A DNA stretch of 63,692 nucleotides, the filler included, from Octopus bimaculoides (lineage: Eukaryota), in NCBI RefSeq assembly GCF_001194135.2. It is 8 parts of 7 records of this genome, joined end to end, with 100 filler letters (N's around TTAATTAATTAA, not from the genome) between each part and the next. Parts side by side here need not be neighbours in the genome. Positions count along the whole stretch, not along the records: positions 4,017 to 18,302 come from NC_068982.1; positions 18,403 to 25,352 come from NC_068999.1; 6 more parts are not named here. One strand, 5' to 3'. The notes beneath the pieces were generated by a model. That model had not been told where the DNA came from and did not search any database. It worked only from the letters and a program-made list of their open reading frames with translations. Position 1 is the stretch's first letter. Each line of letters starts with the position of its first letter. The position numbers and the translations under genes were made by a program. This document shows positions 12,170 to 24,240 of the stretch, in pieces.

Positions 12170-12581
12170 GTATATGTATGCATAATGTATGTGTGCGCGT
12201 ATGTGAATGTTTGTGGGTGTATTGCTAGATATCTAAACGGATTAATAGGTAGATCTATCAATGTAAATGGATAGATATGATAATCTTTTGTTACATAACA
12301 AAGACGACCACTATTGACTAAAATTCAACCCAGAGTTGAATTATTTTTTTATTTCAAATATCGACTCTACGATTGAATTAACCGTTTGAAGTTGTTTGAA
12401 AATTTCCTCAGGAGCAAAATATCATCAAAAGACTGTTGTTGATATTTTTTAAACAGATATTCGTAATAACAACATTATCATAAATCATCGCAACGACCAT
12501 ACATAGTAACAATACGAATGACAGCAACAAGAAAGAAAATAACAACTGCGAAGATAACAACAATAAGAAGAATAACAATAA

Positions 12582-12770
12582 TGGTTTCAATCGTTGACAC
12601 GGGTCCAGCAGTTTTTTTGTTTTTTTTTGAGGGGAGAGGACGTCGATTACATCGACCACAGTACTTGACTGGTCCTTATTTTATGACCCCGAAAGGATGA
12701 AAGGTAAAGTCGGCTTTGGCGGACCTGGAAATGAGAACGTATTGATGAAATGCTTCGAAACACTTTTCTC
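12582..12770 (-). mobile_element. SINE family C (gaccccgaaaggatgaaagg core), degenerate copy
   Basis: Shares the gtcgattacatcgacc...tttat(c)gaccccgaaaggatgaaagg core with many copies in the window. Confidence 0.75.
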
Positions 12771-12899
12771 CGATGTGCCGCCTTATTACCACCACCACCA
12801 CCACCACCATACGCGCAGTCTGCCTGATAATTACCCAATTCCTCACAGAGTCTGCAACATGCAGATAGGTCGTGAACATTGAGTTTAACACCTGTGGTA

Positions 12900-13912
12900 A
12901 CGTACAAGAGACTGGACATCAAGACACTGAATTTGTTGACTACAGATTAGATGCACCACCGGAAAGTAGATGTGGACAGGCCATACATAACAAAAGCTTT
13001 AGAAAGACGAGACCTAAGTCAACTTGGAACTATTACTATTGGGATGGCGTATACCTGACAAAAACAGAAAACCTGTACTCCGAATTGTAAATCATAAGAT
13101 TTGTTCCATTAAGACAAATTTGTTTGATGTCCCCGAAAAGGAACTTTCACCAAACGATCGAGGCAGATTGGAACACTATACGTAACTTAGACTGCATAAA
13201 GTAGAAAAGGTAATGAACAGAAAGTGCCCAGACCGGATACAGGATGTAGACCTGGGCTAACTGCGTCACAACGGTGGCATCGTAGTACTGGCTTGAAAGA
13301 GCAGATAGAAGGTTGGATAATCAGAGTCTACAGACTATCGTCATCGCCTCAACAAAGATGGATTGGATCCACAATCCAAGATTTGTTAAAATGTGAAGAA
13401 GTCATCACTTATCTTGTCTCTGGATGCTTGGGACTAGCAAAGAGCAAATACACTCAATGGATAACAAGGCTGTGACCTACCTACAACGGAAATATGTCGG
13501 TGTTTCAAAATCAAGGCAACTAAGAAATGGTAGGAACATCAACCGAACATAGTCACTGACACCATTGATATAACTATACTTTGTAATATGCCTATCTACA
13601 TTGACAGAGAGATAAAGACCAAAACGCCTGACATCGGTATGACGGACATGAAGGTTAGAAGGTCCTATTTATTGATATCGTACATCTTCCGAAAGAAAGA
13701 TTCCATGAAGTCACAGAAAAGCTGACCTATTAAAAAAGCTTGCAGATCGAAATCGGCAGGTTATGGAATACGAAGAGCGACCGAAATGATATCAGTTGGT
13801 AACGGAGTACTAGGACTTATGAACAAGTCAGTAGAAAAGATAACTAGCCATATCGCGGCCAACATCACTAAGAAGATCATTTTACTTGAAACAGTTCACA
13901 TGCTACTTATTA
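12900..13912 (+). mobile_element. Decayed RLE-type non-LTR retrotransposon (R4/Dong-like), 3' part
   Basis: Frameshifted pieces in the expected order: MHHRKVDVDRPY (RT C-terminus), CEEVITYLVSGCLGLAKSKY (CCHC finger), MPIYIDREIKTKTPDI (PD of the restriction-like endonuclease), GNGVLGL...KKIILLETVHML (C-terminus). Confidence 0.8.
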
Positions 13913-14124
13913 CACATACATACACACACGTACATATGCACACATACATACATACATACATACATACATACATACATGCATACATACATATGTCTGTGCT
14001 TGTGTGTACGCATGTGTGTGTGTAGGTGTGTATTTAGATTAGAAATCGTGATGATCACCACGAAGCGAGTAACTACGACATAAACAATAATGACAGTAAC
14101 AGCAACAACAACAACAATAATAAT

Positions 14125-14260
14125 GAAAAGAAGAAGAAGAAGAAGAAGAAGAAGAAGAAGAAGAAGAAGAAGAAGAAGAAAAAGAAGAAGAAGAAGAAGA
14201 AGAAGAAGAAGAAGAAGAAGAAGAAGAAGAAAAAGAAGAAGAAGAAGAAGAAGAAGAGGG
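14125..14260. repeat. (AAG)n microsatellite
   Basis: Seen directly in sequence. Confidence 0.95.
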
Positions 14261-15172
14261 AAAAGAGGAAGAAGAACAACAACAAGGATGCGAAGGAGGA
14301 AATTTAATAGAACAACATTAGATAAGGCTACAAAATGAGAGCAAGGAAAAGAAAGAAAAAATATAAAATAGAAAACGAACGAAAAGTTTAAGAACGGAGG
14401 AAAAGTAGTGACGACTGATAATAAATCTTTTTTATGAGAAGGGTTAATTACATTTAGAAGTCTGAAAGAAAGAAAAAAAATATTCAACGAAATAAAACAA
14501 CGAAAATAAAAATTAACATAATAAACAAACTAGAAAATATTGAAAATTATGTAAACAGTTAAAAAAATCCAAAAATTTGCATGACTGAACAATTATAAAG
14601 ATATATTAAGCGAAGACTATCCGAAAACCAACCCCTAGCTAAGTTAGTCAACAGAATTGAAAGTAAACTCTGATTGAATTGGAGATAAATCAATAAGTCT
14701 TGAGCGTACACAAGCATACGACAGTATGAAATAAATAGAAATATATAACCGACCTTCGTGTGTGTGTATTTGAGAATTGAAATATATTGAGAAAAATATT
14801 TATGAAATAAAATAACTTACGGCAGAGAACGAAGAAATGTTACTATTCTCATCATAGAATATATGCGAAAACAGCAGCAACAACATCATCAACAACAATA
14901 ACAACAACGACAGCAATAACAATGTTAATAATTCAGAGATGCCCCACGAGAATCTACTAACACAATTCAATTTAGGTTAATTCCGTGTAGAGTCGCTTCG
15001 TATTCTTGCAATAGATGTTGGATACGACAGGACAAATGACAATGGGAACTGTAGCTAACAGATGCAGACACAGCACAACACATACACACACACACACACA
15101 CTAAAGACAATGCAAAATTTCCTAACCCTGGTCTAGGAATACCATTATTGTTTTCTACTCTCGGTACAAGGC

Positions 15173-15437
15173 CCGGATCTTTTTTAAAACGGGGGCCACA
15201 TTTTTCATTAATGTTTTACGTAGTGCTTTTGGTACCAAAAGACTTTCAAACTTCGTATACTTATCTATTTTGTGTTATAGAACAGAAACAATATTTTTGT
15301 ATTCGAATTTATTTCATGTAAAAAATTGTCTTATTTCGATAATTTCAACCAATCACTGACGTCCATTCAGCCGATATACATTAAGATTCTTCGTTTTATT
15401 TGCTTTTTTCATTTTAAATTTGCTTTAACCCTAACCC
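15173..15437. mobile_element. Second copy of the TAACCC-containing MITE-like element, cut by an N gap
   Basis: Shares taatttcaaccaatcactgacgtc(t/c)attcagc with 2901-2933 and ends in taaccctaaccc. Confidence 0.6.
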
Positions 15438-15855
15438 NNNNNNNNNNNNNNNNNNNNNNNNNNNNNNNNNNNNNNNNNNNNNNNNNNNNNNNNNNNNNNN
15501 NNNNNNNNNNNNNNNNNNNNNNNNNNNNNNNNNNNNNNNNNNNNNNNNNNNNNNNNNNNNNNNNNNNNNNNNNNNNNNNNNNNNNNNNNNNNNNNNNNNN
15601 NNNNNNNNNNNNNNNNNNNNNNNNNNNNNNNNNNNNNNNNNNNNNNNNNNNNNNNNNNNNNNNNNNNNNNNNNNNNNNNNNNNNNNNNNNNNNNNNNNNN
15701 NNNNNNNNNNNNNNNNNNNNNNNNNNNNNNNNNNNNNNNNNNNNNNNNNNNNNNNNNNNNNNNNNNNNNNNNNNNNNNNNNNNNNNNNNNNNNNNNNNNN
15801 NNNNNNNNNNNNNNNNNNNNNNNNNNNNNNNNNNNNNNNNNNNNNNNNNNNNNNC

Positions 15856-16215
15856 CACAGTATGCAACCGGTACTTAATTTATCGACCCCGAAAGGATGA
15901 AAGGTAAAGTCGACCTCTACGGAATTTGAACTCAGAACGTAAAGACAGACGAAATACTGCTAAACATTTCACCCAGCGTGCTAACGTTTCTTATTTCTTT
16001 ACTGCCCACAAGGGGCTACACACAGAGGGGACAAACAAGGACAGACAAAGGGACTAAGTCGATTACATCGACACCCCAGTGCGTAACTGGTACTTAATTT
16101 ATCGACCCGGAAAGGATGAAAGGCAAAGTCGAACTCGGCGGAATTTGAACTCAGAACGTAACGGCAGACGAAATAATATATCGCCCGGCGTGCTAACGTT
16201 TCTGCTAGCTCGCTG
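15856..16215 (-). mobile_element. Two head-to-tail copies of SINE family C
   Basis: The core ctggtacttaatttatcgacccc...gaatttgaactcagaacgtaa is repeated. Box B-like gagttcaaattcc on the minus strand. Confidence 0.85.
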
Positions 16216-16861
16216 CCTTAGTTATATCATTATTAACTATAGAATTCTATTGAGTCGAAATTATAATTTTTTCGGTTCACTGAAATCATCGCCGTTACTT
16301 TACATAAAAAACACCAATGAATATTTTACCGTTCTTTTGGAAGTCGAATAAAACGAAAACATGCCCAGAGTTAACAACTCAACTATGAAAGATCAACTGC
16401 AGTCTAGCTCCTTACAATCTAAGAGTTCATTCCATTGCCCTTACTAAATTGTGCTATTAGCGCTAATGACCTTTATTTTCATTTTAGTTAATTAGAAAGT
16501 ATTTTAGCTTCATCACTTCAAGTATGGCAGCTCCCCACATCTCTTTCTCTCTTTCTCTCTATCTGATATATATATATATATGTATGTATATAAGTGCACA
16601 TATGTACATATATACATGCATGTATGTATAAATACGCATACAGATGTAATAGTTATTTGTCAAACATCCATGCTTCCTTCCGATTGAATCTCAATTTGTC
16701 TGTCAATCTCTAAAAATAGAGATGACCATGTATGGAACGTCTTCGCTTATAAACCATTTCAATACTTGTCACAATAGTAACAACAGTCAGACTTACCATC
16801 AAGGAGTTTTTCCGTTGTTGATTAAGCTGCAAGAAATCGCTGCTAAGCAGCCTTCAAATAA

Positions 16862-17005
16862 TCTTTTCTACTCTAGGCACAAGGCCCGAAATTTTTTGGG
16901 AGGGGATCAGTTGATTAGACCGACCCCAGTACGTAACTGGTACTTGATTTATCGACCCTGAAAGGATGGAAGACAAAGTCGACCTCGGTGGAATTTGAAC
17001 TCAGC
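16862..17005 (-). mobile_element. SINE family C, partial
   Basis: Same core sequence as the other family C copies. Confidence 0.8.
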
Positions 17006-17903
17006 ATTACTTTGTCTCAAAGTAAATATTTATAAATTTCAGGCAACTTCTAGACATAATACAATTTTAGCCATATTTGGTCTAGGTTTAGGTTTGTGTA
17101 TTATTAGAACTGAAACCAAATTACAAGCAAATTATGTGATGGTACAATGGTACTCTAAGTGACCGAAACTTATTCTTTCTTTAGTTTCGTGTTAAATTTT
17201 GTGAATGCTTTCTAACGCATTAGGAAAGAAAGTGACACACCTGCTATAATGCTTTTGATCATAGGTCTGCACAGGTAGGATTGAGATAAAGATGAACAAT
17301 AAAACAGTTAAGGACGTGAGACAAATTTGTTTTAGTAAACAAGTTTAATCTCCGAGTAAAAGCACTTGTTGTGAGGAAAGAGAGAGCAGTCAAATGTAAT
17401 GTATGTGTTATGAGATCAAAGTTGTTTTGCTGTGACTAATCCGTCTTTTGCTATTTTTTAGCACAATATCTCTAGAGTCACTTTAGTCAATGACATCTTG
17501 TTTTTAAGGCAGTAGAGAGAGAACTGGTTAATATTTTTAGCAGCTCGAGCGACTACATACAGTTTTCTTTGATGAATCGTGAAAAAGGTGTTAATGTTGT
17601 TGTTTAGTTTCGTATGAGCTCTAACCGAACAAAGGCGTCTCATCCATGGTCATCTATTCTGTGTATATCAGGGACTTCATGGTGCAATGTGTACATTAAT
17701 TACAATAGAAGAGTGGTACTTGAGGGAAATTTGAGCGTTATTTCTCGCATGATAATAATATACTTCAAAACTATGTAATAAATACAAGTAATCACAGGAA
17801 CATACACTCATGTTACAAGTGTATGTATGTTTGCGTGTATGAACTAATATATACCTAAACCCATACACACACAAACGCACGCAGATATTCATTATATATA
17901 TAT

Positions 17904-18108
17904 GGATGCACGTGGCCTAGTGGATAGGGTGTCAGCATCATGATCGTAAGATTGTGGTTTCGATTCCTGGACCGGGCGACGCGTTGTGTTCTTGAGCAAA
18001 ACACATCAATTAACTCAGCTAGCAAAAAGAAGTAATGCTGCGATGGACTGGCAACCTGTCCAGCTGGGGTACACATATGCCATTGAAACCGGGAAACCGG
18101 GCCGATGT
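17904..18108 (+). mobile_element. tRNA-head SINE, family A (tggcctagtgg...ggtttcgattcc...ttgagcaaaacac)
   Basis: Box A and box B motifs. Homologues at 23617-23790 (+) and 24003-24240 (-); related heads at 19065-19325 (-) and 47740-48116 (-). Confidence 0.85.
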
Positions 18109-18170
18109 ACAGACAGAGATAGGCAATTATGCTGATAAAAAAGTTAAATATAACAGCTTGGGTTTGAAAT

Positions 18171-18216
<46 letters not shown>

Positions 18217-18405
18217 ATTAAGGGATCAGCAAATATTTGCTTCACCATATACCGAAGTTCAGAAATAGCAGCTAAAAAAGCTGAGAATCCCACAGATATA
18301 TANNNNNNNNNNNNNNNNNNNNNNNNNNNNNNNNNNNNNNNNNNNNTTAATTAATTAANNNNNNNNNNNNNNNNNNNNNNNNNNNNNNNNNNNNNNNNNN
18401 NNCTC

Positions 18406-18870
18406 TACACTATTTACATTTTACGGATATTTGTCCTCATCTTGTTTGTTGTTAACACAACATTTCGGCTGATATACCCTCCAGCCTTCATCAGGTGTCT
18501 TGAGGAAATTTCGAACTTGGGTTCTCATTCCTAAGGTATTTTTCGATGTTGTTATAAATAATAATAATAATAATAATAATAATAATTATTATTATTATTA
18601 TTATTATTATGCCCACAGGCATATGGCGTAGTGGTTAAGAGTGCGGGCTACTAACCCCAAGATTCCAAGTTTGATTCCAGGCAGCGACCTGAATAATAAT
18701 AATAATAATAACAACAACAACAACAACAACATCGGAAAATACCTTAGGAATGAGAACTGGTTCGAAATTTCCCCAAGACACCAAGATGAAGGCTGGAGGG
18801 TATATCAGATGAGAACAAATATCCGTCAAATGTAAATAATGTACATAATTCCTCATCTCTTAACTATAGA
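18406..18870. mobile_element. Palindromic composite element: inverted arm, (AAT)n, tRNA-like head, (AAT/AAC)n, arm; the arms carry a hammerhead-like motif
   Basis: 18406-18552 and 18726-18844 are reverse complements apart from an internal deletion in the right arm. Box A TGGCGTAGTGG at 18624-18634. Box B-like GTTTGATTCC at 18669-18678. Confidence 0.85.
18454..18499 (-). ncRNA. Minimal type I hammerhead ribozyme motif of the Penelope/retrozyme type
   Basis: Minus strand: g-acac CTGATGA a ggctg-gagggtatat-cagcc GAAA tg TT gtgt-t. Stem I is acac/gtgt, stem II is ggctg/cagcc, stem III is vestigial. Confidence 0.65.
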
Positions 18871-19064
18871 ATTGTGAAATCCCTCTACATACTCTTAATT
18901 TACAGCATCTAAGCGGTATTTGTTGAAAATTTTGTTAAAAAGTATCCATTTTTCTGGAAGTTATGAGGCAACAAAATCGGGGGGTGGGGGTACACATCTG
19001 TAGGAATACCTATAAAGACCCCCCCCCCCATTGTTCATGAATAACCATAAGATTGCACTTGGAA

Positions 19065-19325
19065 AGTTCCCCTGAGACACAAGTCCGGGCAAGGTTGTTT
19101 ATGGAAGACTAGCATACCAGCCGACCCTCCTCACGCCACCGAAAGGCAAAAGGGGCCGATACAGCTTGGCACCAGTGATGTTTTCAACTCATTTCTACAG
19201 CTGAGTGAACTGGAGCAACGTGAAATAAAGAGTCTTGCTCAAGAACACAACACACAGCCCGGTCCGAGAATCGAACTCACTACCTTATGATTGTGAGCCC
19301 AACGCTCTAACCACTGAGCCATGCG
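19065..19325 (-). mobile_element. tRNA-head SINE related to family A
   Basis: Minus strand begins gcatggctcagtggttagagcg...agttcgattctcgg and shares ttgctcaagaacacaac with family A. Confidence 0.8.
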
Positions 19326-20209
19326 AGGTAGGGTAGGTAGGTAGGTAGGTAGGTAGGGTGTGTGTAAATGGAATTGTCATGTAATAGATTACATTATATA
19401 TCTGTTCAAACAGATCTGATTCAGGGCTAAATAAATGCCGCAGAGAAATATTCTGAAGTGGGTAAAACATGACGATACAACGAGAACGTCCTCTCTCATC
19501 ACGCAAGAAGCTCGTTCAGTTGACGATCTAAGTTGTTCATATGTACTGAGAATGTAATAGACATGTTGTCTATTTCGTAACTTATTTTTGCAGAGAAATC
19601 TTTACGACATTTTGATCGGTTGATAAAACTGACAATTATTACAGCTATTTTTTTGTCTTGCCTTCTTCACTTTGAAAAACAAACACGTGCGTGTTTTAAA
19701 TATCAATAGCACGGTAAATTTACCAGACACGTTTTACTCTTTGTCATAAAAATAAACCTATTCTCAGCGCCTCCTACTACTCTTATCTTGTCTTACGGGG
19801 AAGTTATTAATTTTTACACTTATTACTAGATAACTAAATCGGAACCGGATTTCAAAACAGAAACATTGACTCACACTAAAGCTTTCCTAGAAGTATAAAA
19901 AGAAAAACGAAACTAGTCGTTTAAATGACTGTCGTTTCTCTCAGAATCTTTTGCATAATGTAAAACCCAGAATTTAAATCATTTACTACAAAAAGTGAGG
20001 AAACATCGCTGACATGAACTTAAGTAAACATAAGAAAACTCGTTTGAGATTGCCTAACTTCTTTAAATTCTGAGAAGGGTGTTGTTAAATAACAAGGATT
20101 ATGTTTCGTCTTCCGCAATCATAACATCAGTGAGTATAAGGTATTTGTTATTGTTTGTACAAATCGATCGGTGTATAGATTTAAAGTGTTCATTTTCCCG
20201 GACGAAAGT

Positions 20210-20452
20210 TTATTTACTTTCACTATGTTATAGCCACCATTTAATGAATAACCATATTTTCCTTGTGGACTTCCTTCGATTCCTATTTTACTCTACGGGA
20301 TCTCTATAGTCATTCACTGTATTTATATAAAATGAAATATTATTAGAAAATGAATAAAAAATATCTTGTGTATTGTAGAAGTATAAGCAATTTATTTCAC
20401 ATAAATTTTATGGACCTCTAAGGTTTCTTTAGGCCACTGTTGAGAACCACTG
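20210..20452 (-). mobile_element. hAT-like non-autonomous element end
   Basis: Starts with CAGTGGTTCTCAAC (20452-20439), a typical hAT/Charlie-type terminus. The other end is not clearly seen. Confidence 0.45.
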
Positions 20453-20539
20453 CTGGTTGTAGGGCAGTCTTAGGCGTTGTGGTACTAAATTTGTTGATGG
20501 TCACAGTGACTGTTCAACCAAGTAGTAGTTTAATCTTTT

Positions 20540-20995
20540 TTATTCCAGCAATGGCCCAAGCTTCTTTCGAAATCCTGATTTTATAGTTTAACATTCTAGT
20601 GGTGTTGGTTACTAGTATTCACTTTCTCACAAACAAATGTTGGCGATCTTTTGGTTTCCTAATGCACAGAAACACCTGTTGCTTGTAAATTCCCTAGTGG
20701 AGTTTTTGAGACGGCTGTCCCTCGAAGTCCCATACCGCATGAAGTTTATACAACGGATCTTATGATGTCCACTGCTTTTGATTTCGCTTCTTCCTAGTTC
20801 GCAAATTTATCAGCACAAATTTATTTCTCATAATGCACTCTATTATTCATGATCTTAAATACCCTAGTCTTGTCCCTGGATAATCTTTAGGCAAAGGTGA
20901 GTAAAGCCCGTGTCTGACGTAAAAGCTTCTTGATTCTTCGTTGTCTACCTTTTATCATTTTGTTGCCACCTGTCGTATAGATATCAAGGTGATCT
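20540..20995 (-). mobile_element. Decayed CR1-like LINE 3' end
   Basis: Frameshifted RQVATKMIKG, LSRDKTRVFKIMNN and DFERSL resemble the QRRATKMxxG, RGDLIxVxKI and FKxxLD motifs of the CR1 ORF2 C-terminus. Confidence 0.55.
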
Positions 20996-21982
20996 CGTTT
21001 CTATTTAATGAAACATATTGTGTATCTTAAAACTACAATTTTAGGAGCAACGATTACTAACCCCTAAGTAAATGATAAAATAAATTTTGGCCGACACATA
21101 GAGAGAGCAATTGGAACAGGGGACTTGCCATTTGAAGGCGTCGTAAAGCGAAAGGGACAGAGAGAGAGAGGAATGTTGTGTGTGTGTGTGTTGATGGGGT
21201 TTGTGTATGTGAAAGTGTTTTGCTGGTGTGTGTATGTGATTGAGAGAGAGAGAGAGAGCGAGATAACTGAATTTTTTTTATTTACTTTTGGAAGTGAGTG
21301 ATTGACAGAAAGAGAGAGAGGTTGTTATGTATGTATGTATGTATGTGTGAATGGCTAGCTTCAGTGACACACACACGCACAAAAACATACGTACGTACAC
21401 CTATGGCATACATGTTTTTTGTACGCATACATGTTCATGGTGAAGATCAGAGAGAGAGAAGGCATGTTTTTGTTTGTATGTATGTTTATATAATGGTCTG
21501 CTATGTAGAAAATGATATGGAAAAATGACAGTTGTCGAATGACATACTTTCGGTTTACGATCACTCATTGAAAAGTGGAAAATTATCCGAAGCAATCGGT
21601 ATTGATATTTCGGAATAAAAATACTTTGAAAAAAAAAAAGAGTTAAAAGCAAAAAGTGGGGTGGGTTAATAAGTTTTAAAAAGCACCCCCACCCAATAAA
21701 AAACGTAATCTCTTGTTGAAAACAGAATTCGAAGTTTTTGGGAGGGGATAAAAAAAAAGGCAGGGTATTAAACATGTCTACCTGGACATTGCTGAATTGT
21801 GTCAGTATTTCAGTTTATAATCACAAACTAAAAGAATGTCTTTATTGGCAAACCCTGGTAGAATGAAAAGTTTTTTAATCAGTTCAAGTTTGGAACTCGG
21901 GGGTTTTACTTACAAAGCGTACATTGTTTTAGAAGCCATTCATTTTTCTCTTACACTACACTTGTTTTTCTTTCGCTCTCCT

Positions 21983-22013
<31 letters not shown>

Positions 22014-22339
22014 TTATCTATCTGTCTATTTATCTATCTATCTATCCATTTTTTGCAAAGTTATGAGGTAACAAAGTCAGCAGAAATGGGGACACATATG
22101 TAGTTATATATNNNNNNNNNNNNNNNNNNNNNNNNNNNNNNNNNNNNNNNNNNNNNNNNNNNNNNNNNNNNNNNNNNNNNNNNNNNNNNNNNNNNNNNNN
22201 NNNNNNNNNNNAGGCTACATATGTTTCTTATTTAGCAGATCCTTGGAAATAATAATTACTCAACAAGGAGTACTCTGCTAGCTATTCATTAGGCCGAGGA
22301 TAACTTAATTGTATGAAGGTTACATTGTTGGTAAGAAAC

Positions 22340-22700
22340 TCCCGATGACAGTACCACCTGACTGGCACTGAACTTTTAACGTTAAAAGCACCATTCGAGC
22401 ATGATCGTTGCCAGTGTCGCCTTACTGGCACATGTGACGGTGGCATGTGAAAAACAACATTCGTACGTAGTCGTTGCCAGTGCCGCCGGACTGGCTCTCG
22501 TGCAGGTAGCATATAAAAAACACCTTTTGAGCGTGGTTGTTGCCAGAACTGCCTGACTGGCCCTTGTGGCAGTGGCACATAAAAGCACCCACTACACTCT
22601 CAGAATGGTTGGCACTAGGAAGGGAATCCAGCTGTAAAAACTTTGCCAGATCAGATTGGAGCCTGGTGCAGCCTTCTGGCTCACCAGTCCTCATACTTAT
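22340..22700 (+). mobile_element. SINE/LINE-tail repeat with an internal 66-bp tandem array
   Basis: gttgccag recurs at 22407, 22473 and 22539. The tail cactacactctc...ggaagggaatccagctgta...gcctggtgcagcc is also found at about 34440-34600. Confidence 0.75.
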
Positions 22701-23616
22701 TTTGGCTCTTTTGTTTGAGTTACCATTCTTAGGTCAAAAGCAGGTTAATAACATGGATAAGATAATTTACTTTCCATTGTTCTCCACCATACATTCAGCT
22801 TTCCAATAGATATAAATACAAACCCTCACAGAACATTATGGGGTCAGTTGCTTTTGCTTCCACATGTAATGTATTGTTTGCTTTCTAGTAAGTAGCTTTT
22901 CCTTAGACACACATTTTATCAAGTGCGTGAGTTTTATCATTGTCTTTCTCTCTTTACCACTGTTGAATAACTGACTGCTTCACACAGCCTTTTGTATGCC
23001 TTTTTGTACACATGATGTTCAAAAGTAAATAAGCGGTAAAAGTTTCTGGGTAAAAATAGATTTCTTCATGTTGATTATAGTGAAGTATAATATACTTTCT
23101 CATGGAGTTTGAATAATCTAACAATAACAAAACCTGTTACAATTATTTGCTTCCTTCTAGTTTATTTCATTTTGATATTTGCCATTTTATATGTACCACA
23201 ATAGAAAGATTCCCAGTTTTGTCAATGCTTGGTTGAACAGTCACTGTGACCATCAACAAATTTAGTACCACAACGCCTAAGACTGCCCTACTACCAGCAG
23301 TGGTTCTCAACAGTGGCCTACAAGGATCTTAGAGGTCCATAAAATTTATGTGAAATAATGAATTAGAAGGTTTTTTCACTTCCCAAACTATAACTTACCC
23401 TTCTGACTTTAGCTAAAAGAATGTTTCTAAGAAACCTGTCTCACTTCACTTCATATCAGTGATGTTTCTGTGAACAGTATCTCTGCAGAGGAAGCCTTCT
23501 CCTTTGCCACATGCTTTGTAGCCAACTCAGTACAGCATACATTTGGCAAATCTCTTCCAAATCAAGACCCCTTCGACTCTTCCAAATCCATCACCTTCTA
23601 TACACATATAACAATG

Positions 23617-23790
23617 GAGATGCATGGCTTAGTGGTTAATGTATTAGACTCATGATCGTAAGATTGTGGTTTCAATTCCTAGACCAAGCAATGTATTGTG
23701 TTTTTGAGCAAAACACTTCATTTCATGTTACTCCAGTTCATTCAGTTGGCAAGAATGAGTTGTAGCTGCAATGGACTAGGATCCTTGGGA
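23617..23790 (+). mobile_element. SINE family A, partial
   Basis: Homologous to 17904-18108. Confidence 0.8.
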
Positions 23791-24002
23791 AACTGGCACT
23801 ATGTGAGTCTATATGACTTGGAAAAGAGCTTTTATATACATATGCTATGTGTGAAAATGTCTCCACTCACTTCAAACCAACAAAGCCACTGGCCTGAAAG
23901 TGTCCTATTATTTTCACACATTGTGTCACAGAGCTATCTCCTATACTCAACAAGACCTTCAATTCCCCAATTTTTATCATTAAAATAAAATAAATGCGCC
24001 CT

Positions 24003-24240
24003 TTTAAAGCCTAGCCAGGCTCATGGGCTCGGTTTCCCAGTTTCAATGGCGTATGTGTTCCCCAGCTGGACGGGACGCCAGTCCACCGCAGCGTTACTCA
24101 TTTTTGCCAGCTGAGTGGACTGGAGTAACGTGAAATGAAGTGTTTTGCTCAAGATCACAACGCGTCACCTGGTCCAGGAATCGAAACCACAATCTTACGA
24201 TCATGATGCTGACACCCTAACCACTAAGCCATGCGCCTCC
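24003..24240 (-). mobile_element. SINE family A, near full length
   Basis: Reverse complement of the family A head and body. Confidence 0.85.

Noticed and set aside
18611-18691. Functional tRNA gene (also the SINE heads at 17904, 24240 and 48116)
   Set aside because: Boxes A and B are present, but there is no complete acceptor stem or cloverleaf; these are tRNA-derived SINE heads.
22380-22590. CRISPR-like array
   Set aside because: Eukaryotic context, no cas genes, and the 'spacers' are homologous to each other; it is a tandem repeat within a dispersed element.
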